Assembly: GCA_034780895.1 (NCBI GenBank)
Contig: JAUZTB010000080.1
Coordinates: forward strand, 10,605,010 to 10,669,009
Source of the DNA: Rhynchobatus australiae
Taxonomy: Eukaryota
DNA: 64,000 nt
Direction: 5' to 3'
Shown here: positions 53,922 to 64,000 of the stretch, in pieces
Numbering within the stretch: the stretch's first letter is position 1
Layout: each line of letters begins with the position of its first letter
Translations under genes and position numbers: made by a program
The notes under the pieces: generated by a model
What the model was told of the DNA's origin: nothing
What the model saw: only the letters and a program-made list of their open reading frames with translations
The model's database searches: none

Positions 53922-55364
53922 CTGATATTTATTGATTGGGGGGAAAAAAATTTACACTGATAAGTGAATGGATGCCTCTATTGTTGCACCTAGGAAAGTT
54001 TTTTTCCCCCCAAAATTGACTCATTCAGGGCAAGTATTTATTTCAGCTTTTGAGCTGAATGGCTTCTTTGGTCATTTCTAAGTAACAAGCTCAAGCACAT
54101 TTTTGTGGATCTGGAGTCACATATAGGCCAGACAGGCAAGAGCAGCAGATCTCTTTCCCTAAAGTACACTCATGAACAAAATGAACTTTTAAAAATCTGG
54201 CAGTTTCATGGTCACTGTTAATGTTGCTAACTTTTTATGCTATGTATGTGAATCTCCCAACAGCCATGGTGAGATTCAAACATGGCTCCAAATCAATGGT
54301 CAAGGCCTTTGGACTGCTAGTCCAGTAACTTATCCATCACATCACCAAATGTTAACCCATTATACACACAGTACAGCTAGCTTTTTGTGTTGTTGATCCT
54401 ACTTCCCAAGCCCCCTCCCCAATTCCATTGTGTTGTATCTATTTTATCGCTGCATAAAACTTCCCACCTATGCAAATTTCACTGGTTTTACCTACACGTC
54501 TACGCTGACAAGAAATTCGATCAAGACTATGTGAACATCATGTGGATCCCTTACAACCAAAGACTTATTACTGCTGTCTGGGCACAATCTAATCACAGAT
54601 CCACAATGCTAATCACACTGCTAATTTGAGATATCCAAACTGCACTTAACACACCATAAATGCACAGAAAAAAAAAACAGCAGCTTGTTATTAATTTCTA
54701 CTACGATCATACAAAACATCCATATTTTCATATCAAAGTACTCTTTCGCTCAAGGCAATCTTGACCTTCAATCCAGGTTCCCAATGCTCAAGTGCATCTC
54801 AAAAGCCAAAAGCCTTAAAGATATGCAGCACTGATCACATTAAAAACTAATCCAGCACTTTCCTAGTCTTTTGTTTCATCTGAAATGCATTCCTACATTA
54901 GATTTTTCTTCTTTGGCTCAAAGGTCTCTGCCTAGGCTATTTTATAATGCAGCCTATATCACAAAGCTAGTCATCACTTACCATCCCTTTTTTAATTTGA
55001 GACGAATGCTCTCATACAAGACTAGACCAAAGGTCTACAATTTAGTCCAGAGTCATAAAGCAGCCTTGGCTTCAGAAATGATTCCAGCAGGCCACCTCTA
55101 CAACTGTGTGGTTTTGCTTTGCCTGCATCTATACAAATTTTTCAACTGAAGGAGCAAAAGCAAGGAGGTTCAGATGATACAGGGCTGGATTCAACTTGGT
55201 AGACATTAACTGGACATATGCTACCCAAGAGCCACATTAAAACTAGCAGCCAGTCCAGAGTATGAAACTACTGCTCATGCTGTGATTTGGGATTAGATTC
55301 CAGGTCCAAATCTTAATACAAGTTCAGGATTAGATTTGGCTCTTTTCCCATGCCCCACAAGTTA

Positions 55365-58355
55365 TTGATTCCTCTACCAACAGGAATAGGTTATATCTAT
55401 ACCCTTCCTAACTTTACTTTAAAAAAAACAGATCCTTTGCAACATCCTTTGTTCCTAGGAAAACAACTAGTGTACTCTTGGAATTCTGGGATCACACTGG
55501 CAAATCTCTTCTGCATCCTCCTCAAGTTCTCATGTATTTCTTAAAGCATGGCATCCAGAATACTCCAGTTGTGGCAAACTAATGTTTTATAAAGGGTTCA
55601 CCATGATTTTCTTACTCTTTCTAACCCTATCTACTTCTATTTAATGCCCATATGCTTTTTGCTTAAAAGCACCATTCTCTCAAACTTCCCTGACACTTTT
55701 CAATGAACTATGCACATACAAGCCCAAGTCTCTGTTCTTGCAACACCCTTAGAATATTGCTCTTTAGTCTTGTCCACTCTCATTCTGGCTACCAAAACTT
55801 AACACTTCACATTCCTCAGCATCAAATTTTGTCCATTTCCTAACTACGCACTTCACTATCCAACTCACAGTTTACTACAAAGCCTGGTTGCACTCTGCAA
55901 ATTTGGAAATTCTGCCCATATATAAAAGGTGGTGGTCCTAGTACAGACCCCCGAGAAACTCCACCATACACTTCCCTCCAGTCCAATAAACAACTTTTCA
56001 CTACTACCCAGTTTCCTCTTATTTAACCATTTTTCTATCAATACTGCTCCAGCCCCTTTTATTCCTTGGCCTTCAATCTTATTGGTATTGGTTTATTATT
56101 GTCACTTGTACTGAGGTACAGTGAAAGACTCGTCTTACAAACTGATCGTAGAGGTCAATTCATAACAGTGCAGTTACATTGAGTTAGTACAGAGTGCATT
56201 GATGTAGTATAGGTAAAAACAATAACAGTGAAGTGTTACAGCTACAGAGAAAGTGCAGTGCAATAAGGTGCAAGGTCACAACAAGGTAAATCATGAGGTC
56301 ACAGTCCATCTCATAGTATAAGGGAACTGGCACCTTGCATTTTCTTCCAGGGAAGTTCAAATGCATTTTGGAACACAATAGGAATAGGCCATTAATTAAG
56401 ATCATGACTGATCATTTATTCAGCAACCCTTTCCTGCCCAACCCCATATCTGTTGATTCCCTTAATATCTAAAAATCAGATCTCAGCAACCTAGCCTCCT
56501 GGCCAGAGAATTCCAAAGAGTCACTACCTTCTGGTGGAAGAAACTTCTTCTGTCCTGAATAGCCAACTTCTTTTGTGGCCCCTGCATGCAAACACTCTCA
56601 CCAAGGGAAACAACATCTCCACACCTCTCACACTCTTGGAGTTAGAAGATGATTTTAATTCAATCTGCTTAATTCTTCCTCATACAACAAAGCTACCAAC
56701 ACAGAAAACTGTGAACCTTTGTTGCATTCCATTTGGAGTACATCCTTCCTTGGGTAGGGAGACCAGATTGGTACACCATGTTCTAGATGCAGTCTCACCA
56801 GTGCTCTATACAACTGCAGCAAGACCTTTTTTTTAAAATATCCTTGTACTTTACCTTCATAATTGTTTGCTCTAACTGCATATTAATTTTCACTGTGTAC
56901 AAGGATACTCAAGGCCCTCTGAACACCATTTTAAAAAAAATTCTCCACCTCTCCAGTTTTTCTATAAAAAATGAACAATTTTCTGCCACATAATATTTTG
57001 TCTACCATTTCCTCACCTATTCACTGCATCCTTCTCACAGCCCACAACTCCATCCAATTCATTAGCAGCAACAAATCTGAGTATGTTACACTTGATTCCC
57101 TCAACCAAATCACAGGTTTAGAACATCTGGAGCTCCATCACTGACCCCTGCAGCTGCCCCTGGCTAAACAGACTACCATTCCCTATTTTCTCTCTCCCTC
57201 CTTATAAGTAAATCAGATTCTGGGGATTTATCATCTTTCAGTCCAATAGCTTCACCAGTTTTTTTTATTATTAATGCTAATTTCTTTGATCTTCAGATTT
57301 ATGCTAGACCTCTCTCTCTCTCTCCCTACTATTTTCAGAGATTTTCTGGCTCCTTCCGTGCAAACAGACAGAAATACATATTTAATTTCACTAGTTTCCT
57401 CCCCCCAATATAATTTCTCCTGTCCAGCTTTAAATGACTCACATTAACTTCATCTAATAATTTCAGTTTCACACATTTACAGTTGATTGTGATAATCTGT
57501 TTTTATTTTATAATCCATCTTTGCTCATGTTCAAAGTAAAAGTTCTGGTCCTCCTTTGCTGAAACCTGAAATATTGCCNNNNNNNNNNNNNNNNNNNNNN
57601 NNNNNNNNNNNNNNNNNNNNNNNNNNNNNNNNNNNNNNNNNNNNNNNNNNNNNNNNNNNNNNNNNNNNNNNNNNNNNNNNNNNNNNNNNNNNNNNNNNNN
57701 NNNNNNNNNNNNNNNNNNNNNNNNNNNNNNNNNNNNNNNNATGTTGATCAACCATATTACCTTTTACTCTACTTTCTCAGTCCACGTTTGTCAATCCCAT
57801 CCTCATCCTATTGTAATTGATTTTAATTAAGTTTAGGACACAAGTTGCAGATGCAAGTTTTTCACTCTTCAACTCAATTTGAAATTCTGCTGAGCTCTGA
57901 TTACTCTTTCCTTGGAAATCCTTTACAGGAAGAACATGACTACTACTTGTCTCATGACACAATACTAGATCTAAAATAGCCTGCTCCCTTTTAGATTCCT
58001 CAACTTACTAATCTAGAAAACCATATTTTATTCATCCTCCATACTAAAACTACCACTTTGTCTTGCCCAGTCAAGCTGCAGATTAAAATCCCTCATGATT
58101 ATTTCATTATCCTTGGTACATGCACCTCTATCTTCTGAGTTATATTTACATTACCTCAACTGTTTGGAAGCCTATGAAGATCATCAATATTTTCTGCCCC
58201 TTGTTGGTTATCCCATATGTTAATATCAGGTGCCTCTTTTTCTATATTGCTGTTTTCTTTTAAAAGTTAATGTATCACATCAACATCCTTTTCCTCATCA
58301 ACTTTCTGTTATTCATCGTTAGATCAAATTTGACTTTAATAAATCCATGCTGGTT
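55365..58355 (-). mobile_element. Tract of decayed CR1 fragments with a Rex1-type tail inserted at 56080-56330
   Basis: Reverse CR1 motifs (caaatctcttctgca, ccagagaattccaaagag, ctagatctaaaatagcctgctccc, aaatccatgctgg) and tail ttggtattggtttattattgtcacttgtactgaggtacagtgaaa. Confidence 0.65.
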
Positions 58356-59787
58356 TTCCTTATCCACACAACCTTAGCATAGTATTAATCCTATTAGTTC
58401 ATTCCCAATATCCTGAATAAACAGTAGCACTGCAAAACTATTCTCACATTTGCCACAAAGAATACATCAAAAATACACATTTTGCAGAAAACTTGAAGAC
58501 ATGATAATGAACTTTACTTCAAATGCCAAGTTCCACTCCAATCATACTTACAAAGCAGAGGCACTCTTCACTCCTCCATTCCATTACCATCACCAGTCCT
58601 TCTCTGCTCCCAATTCCCAACCCTATTTCACTCTCTTTCCCAAAACAATAATACAACAATCTCTCCCAACTACGGGCAAGAGAGTAGGAAGATTGAAGTG
58701 CCTCACAGATCCAAGTCTGAACACACAATCTTCTTGTTATGCTTTCACCCATAAGACCACTAACAGTATAACCACCATTCACCTCCCTCTGCCCATCATC
58801 CTCTAAGCAGAACAGAACATACAGCAAATAAAACAATGCATCACATAGTACTCCAGGATCCCAAAAAAACTTACTGAACACATAAACATCAATCCAAACT
58901 TATGAAAGAAAAGCTCACACTGGAGTTTAATTTGAATATGGAACTGACTATGATCACAACCACGGCTTTCACCGTTAATAACTGGGTAACAATGAAGCGA
59001 GCAAGCAGTTTTCTGGACCTAACCAATTTAAAAACTGCAGCAGACTGTTTTATCTTTTTAAAAAATAAAAAGAGAAGATGTAAAATAAATGTTAAACTAT
59101 AAATATTCTAGCTAATAACTGCTTTGCAATGCCGATTTACAAAAATCTTCAAAATTATAATTAGCTAGACTACCCCGCAGTGTTGTAAGTAAGTTCAACC
59201 AGCTACTTGGCAGTTTACAGATCAAATCTAATTGGTTAGAAAGCACCCTTTGCCAAAGGGAGAAAAACCTCTTTCTATAATCAAAACGACTGGTGCAAGA
59301 ACAATTCTCCCTGTGCCAACTAGCCATTTATTTTGAAGATTGGTAAAACTGCATGAGAGCAAAATGATTTTGGTAAAAAAAACTTAGCATTCACTGCTCT
59401 GCCACACAATACATATTCGCAATGAAAATTTATCAGCAGCTGCTAATTTACAGCACGGCGGTATTTTGCAGAATCTTCAACCTTTCTGACTTTGAAAAGG
59501 AATAGCATCTTTAAAATTTAAAGCCACCATTTCCCCTCCCACCTACCCGTTTTCATAAAATGGCTGTGGCCTTTTTAAACCAGGCCCAGGTTCCNNNNNN
59601 NNNNNNNNNNNNNNNNNNNNNNNNNNNNNNNNNNNNNNNNNNNNNNNNNNNNNNNNNNNNNNNNNNNNNNNNNNNNNNNNNNNNNNNNNNNNNNACCCTG
59701 TAGCTGTTTGCTGCCAGACAGACTAAACAGTGTTCTTGAATTTTTTAAAAAAAGCCCAGCCCACAGGCATAGGCATCAGCCACAAAC

Positions 59788-59792
59788 CTCAT
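59788..59792 (-). CDS. TNRC6B: TNRC6B first coding exon end (ATGAG: Met plus 2 nt of Arg)
   Basis: Minus strand ...ctgcactttATGAG|GTttgt. The phase-2 end fits the next exon (ATG AG|A GAG = M R E). It lies just downstream of promoter-like motifs and implies a 40.8-kb first intron (19002-59787). The donor GTTTGT is non-optimal and the link is inferred. Confidence 0.7.
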
Positions 59793-59924
59793 AAAGTGCA
59801 GCAGTGCAAGGATCCAGCAAGTTGAGGCATTCAAGGCAAGAGCAAAAGAAGAATATTAAATCAAAAAAAAACTGATCTCTTCTCTTTTTTTAAAAAAACA
59901 AACGCTCAAAAGCCAGCAGAGACT

Positions 59925-60105
59925 GTGGCGGCCATTTTGGCAGGAACTTAAGAGCCAGCTTCTGTGGGAAGCTTTTATTTGTGACCTTCAGAGAGAGGCT
60001 GTCATGTGATCTATTGTCCCATCAATCAAATGGGGGGTGGGGTAAAGAAGAGAGAGAGGCTGAGCCCCACCTTCACTGGAAGCACAAGCGCTCTGATTGG
60101 TAGTT
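59925..60105 (-). promoter_or_regulatory. Putative TNRC6B core promoter
   Basis: Motif cluster upstream of the ATGAG exon: YY1-type CAAAATGGCCGCC (59927-59939, minus), AT-rich AAATAAAA (59973-59980, minus), E/M-box GTCATGTGA (60001-60009), GT/GC-box GGGGGGTGGGG (about 60032-60042), CCAAT on minus (60096-60100). No CpG island. The TSS cannot be determined from sequence. Confidence 0.55.
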
Positions 60106-60503
60106 TACATGTTCTAACATGCAGCAGAACCCTGTAAGGTTAATCCCTCTGCGTACAGCACCAGAGCAATCTGCAACTTAGCAACAAAGTTAACTCTTCC
60201 ACTGCCTTCCTGCAAGCTATCTGTTCCACCAGACACCCAGATAAGAGCACTGGTCTCTCTTTCAGCCTGTGGTGCTCATAAACAGAGTGTTGAACTTTCT
60301 ATATTGTGTGGTCAATGCATGGTGCAAATTGCCTACATCAGCAATTTTATTGCATCAATCACACTGTCCATCCAGGAGTTTCCTGGGAGCTCCAGTGTTG
60401 CAGTCCTTTCCTCCAGCACACTAACAAATGTTCTCCATTTACTTCATTTCTAAATCTCTCTCAGCAGATTGGCCCAGCATTTCGTCTGTGAGCAGAATCT
60501 CAA

Positions 60504-60690
60504 CATTCCACCATAACCTACCCCCATCTTGCCATTGTCACATTNNNNNNNNNNNNNNNNNNNNNNNNNNNNNNNNNNNNNNNNNNNNNNNNNNNNNNNN
60601 NNNNNNNNNNNNNNNNNNNNNNNNNNNNNNNNNNNNNNNNNNNNCCTACCCCCATCTTGCCATTGTCACATTCCACCCAAATAACCTTAC
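60504..60690. repeat. About 37-bp minisatellite spanning a 100-N gap
   Basis: Unit cattccaccataacctacccccatcttgccattgtca, with copies on both sides of gap 60545-60644. Confidence 0.6.
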
Positions 60691-62227
60691 AGCTAGCTAA
60701 AGCACACGTAACTTTAATTATTAACATTTACAGTTAATTTCAATCAGCAACAAATGCCTCGATTGTGTCACTAATTTCAGACAGCCTGGATTTGATAAAC
60801 AAGATAAATCTATTATTTAGACTTAAATGTATCTTTATGTGTTGCACTGTACTGCTGCCACAAAACAACAAATTTCACGACACGTATCAGTGACAATAAA
60901 CCTGATTCTGATTCAAGGAACGAAAGAGTCAAGCTGTTTGACGTTGTTAAGACCTATGTGACTATTACTTGGTTCTTGTGCACCTGGCTGGAAATGAGCA
61001 ATAAACTCAGAAATAGATTTGCCAAGGTAGATCCTGTGCTCATTCAAACACAACATTTAAAATTATATGTATGCTTTTATGGGTTGAGGCTAAAAAGACA
61101 AATTGTATAGAATCAGATGACCCATTTTTAGCTCCTGTTATGGCCCAAGCTGGTGAATGCAATGGATAGCATTATGCTGACCACAGATTTTCAATTTCTG
61201 CTATGTGCAAAGATAACCAATTTCTGTACAGGTTCTGTAATTTACTTCCATGCCTCCAAGGTGAGCACGTCTAACAAAAGAACACATTCAAACCCAGTTG
61301 TCACTGCTGAGTAGCTCCTGTTAGAAAGTGCAGGCATATGGATGCCAGAGAATTAGGCTGTATTGTCACTCATAGTGACAATATCTTGCTGATGTCATGT
61401 TGCACCCAAGTAACCTTTGCAATTTCAGTAGAATGCAAACAAATACAAAATAGGTATAAAATAGCACATCCACTTGGGGGCAGGCAAACTGAAGCACTGC
61501 AGTTTAGGTTGGGGAGTTCTCAGATTTTTAATCAATGGCAATGAAGAAAAGACAATATGGTTCCAAGATATGATAATGCCTATTCTGGAAAAATTGGATG
61601 CACTGGTATTCCCAGGTACTTTAAATGTCTGGAAAACCCTAGATCACTGTGAGGGGGAAAGGCACAAATAAGAAAGAAATAAAGAGAGAAAACAAATCCT
61701 TTTATAAAATAAACTTGCTCATAATCCAGTGTCGTTTAGCTATAACCCTCAAGCCATTTATATTCATTCATTCATATGGCATCTTTAGCAAGGCTAGTAT
61801 TTAATACCCATCCCCAATTATCCTTGATATGTTAATAATAAACCTCCTCCTTGAACTGCTACAGTCTAGTATTGCTTGGTTCAGGTTCACATTCTATGGC
61901 AATGAAAAAGTGCCAATATATTCCCAAGATTTGATAACACCTGACTTGGGGGGAACTTGGTTGTCCAATATACTTGCTGTTCATCTCATTCTGGATGATA
62001 AAAAGCGTAGGGCTGTGCTGTTAAGGGTAGTTTGGCAGGCTGATATAATGCTACCACTGTATATATAGTACAGTCTACACCCATACCATACCAGTGGTGA
62101 AGGGAATGAATATATAATGTGGTGGGTGAGCTGCCAATCAAGCAGGCTGCTTTGTCCTGGATGTGTTTAGAAAAGTCAGAGGGACTTTATTACATACTAG
62201 ATCCTGAGGAATTGTTCAGAAAATGTT

Positions 62228-62525
62228 TACTCCTGTGGGAGAATCTAGAACTGGGCAACTAGCATTTACTGCTCACCCATTTAAAAGAAATAAGACAAAA
62301 CATTTTCTCTCAGAGAGATGTGAATCTTTGGAACTCACTTTGTCAATGAATAATGAAACCAGTATTTCTGAATATTTTTAAATTCTTGATAAGCAAGCTA
62401 GTGAAAGGTTATCACAGGTAGACGGTAACATGGAGTTGAGGTTACAATCAGTTCAGCTTTGATCTCATTATATAGCAGAGCAGGCTTGGGGGCAGCCTAA
62501 TCCTGTTCCTATTTCATCTGTTCGT
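62228..62525 (+). mobile_element. CR1 LINE 3' end
   Basis: gggagaatctagaactggg...ttttctctcagagag.tgtgaatctttggaactc...gcagagcaggcttg..gg..gcctaatcctgttccta. Confidence 0.7.
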
Positions 62526-64000
62526 ATGGTATCCAACTTTCTCAATATTGAAGCTACATCCATCCACGCAAGTGGAAAATATTCCAACACACTGCTGACT
62601 GAAATCTGTTAAGTTATGAAAAGACATCTGCAGTCATTTGATGGGTCACTTGTCGCTTCTGACATACTCTTAAACCCACAGCATGCGTGTATGTGTCTGG
62701 TCTTGATAAGGTTCTGGCCAACGATAGAAAACAAAACAAAATGTTGGAAACACCTGCTGAGTGTTTCCAGCATTTTCCAATCATATTTCAGATTTTTAGC
62801 ATCTGCAGCTTTTTTTTTGGATTTTCAGTTCTAGTCAATGGTGAGATGTTGACAATGGGAGAATTCAACAAAGATACTGCATATCATAGGCAGTTGTTAG
62901 AATCTATTTTACTGAAGATGATCAACGTCTGGCATTTACACAGCTGATTATTACCCTACTTAGTCTGGGCTTGAATGTTTACCAGGGCTTGCACATATAG
63001 GCACAGATTACTTCCTTATCTTAGGAATTGTATTAGCATTAGCCAAACAGAGGAAAAATACAAATATATAGGGGAAAAAAAACTGTCCACAGGAAGTGAA
63101 ATGAAAGAAATTGCCTTCTTCGTTCAGTGTGGCACAATGTACAAAGCTGGACATTTACTCAATATAATCATGTACAGTTGAACAAAAAAGAATCAGCAAC
63201 TCTAATGCATTAATTACCTTTGAGTACTCAATTGGTTAATTTTTAAATGCTGTTTTCCTTGGCGAAACTAAAGTAGAAAAGGCCCTGCAGTTTTTTTCTG
63301 CCTCTTCCGCTAAACAGAAGAAACTGGCAAGAAAACAATATGTCCAGTGTTACACATTTCAGGGTAGAGAGAATTATAAGATATTACATTGGTACACAGA
63401 GTGTTCTGTTTGTTGTCTTTGAACCTTACAGTTTAAGAATATTTTGATTTTTAGGAACAGGAACTGACCATTTGGGTTAAACGAAACAGTTTTTTTTAAA
63501 AACCGGAAAAACTCCAACCATCCACCTTCTAACCATATCCCTTAATTCTCTCTGCCAAGAAGCATTTATCCCTTGAAGCCATATTTCACTGGCTTCCCTT
63601 AGATTAATGGGCTAACCAGTTTCAGCTAACTTCCTTCCTCAATGTTAGCTCCTCAGTAATTTTAATTTTTTTTTGTTATTTGGGATTTGACCCCCATTCC
63701 CATGAGGAAACAATGCGCATGATCAACTTGTCAATTACTGGAACAACACATCACTCAGATTATTTGGAGGTCTGAATGACAGGCAATGCCAAACATACTA
63801 CATCTACCATGGAATACTTATTTCACTCAATTTCCAACTACAGGCAGAAAATGGATTCCTGAATTTAAAATACTGTAGTCCAAGTACGTATCGTATCTAA
63901 CATGTAGGCACCTTGTGCATCGGTAACTCTGCAATTTTTAAAGGACTAATCCAGCATCATATTAGCCTGTTATACCCCAAAATCCTGGGCTCCTGAGATA

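Noticed and set aside
1-64000. CRISPR arrays, operons or other prokaryotic systems
   Set aside because: The sequence is a spliced vertebrate gene with LINE/SINE-rich introns; no repeat-spacer arrays were seen.
60100-64000. Possible further upstream TNRC6B exons (the human gene has an alternative upstream N-terminus)
   Set aside because: No recognisable homologous exon in this part of the window; it may lie outside it.

Overview
Eukaryotic (vertebrate) genomic DNA, not prokaryotic. The repeat content (V-SINE/HE1-type SINEs, a Deu-domain SINE, abundant CR1, Rex1/Babar, RTE and Penelope remnants) points to a cartilaginous fish, probably a ray or shark; this is inference. The window holds the 5' part of a TNRC6B (GW182-family, Argonaute-binding) gene on the minus strand. 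A putative promoter and first exon lie near 59.8-60.1 kb, contributing only ATGAG to the CDS. They are followed by an 88-nt exon (18914-19001), a 22-nt microexon (7991-8012), a 339-nt exon (3007-3345) and the large Trp/GW-rich exon (1128 to beyond the window start). All splice phases join into one open frame. The rest is intronic or upstream sequence filled with decayed retroelements and N gaps. The most interesting signal is in the first exon: two uORFs, the second ending in an ATGA overlap with the weak-context start codon, plus clustered miRNA seed matches. Other highlights are Penelope-derived fold-back elements with decayed hammerhead cores and a near-identical local inverted duplication at 45.3/46.3 kb. 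Repeat family calls come from recalled consensus motifs, not database searches, and repeat boundaries are approximate.
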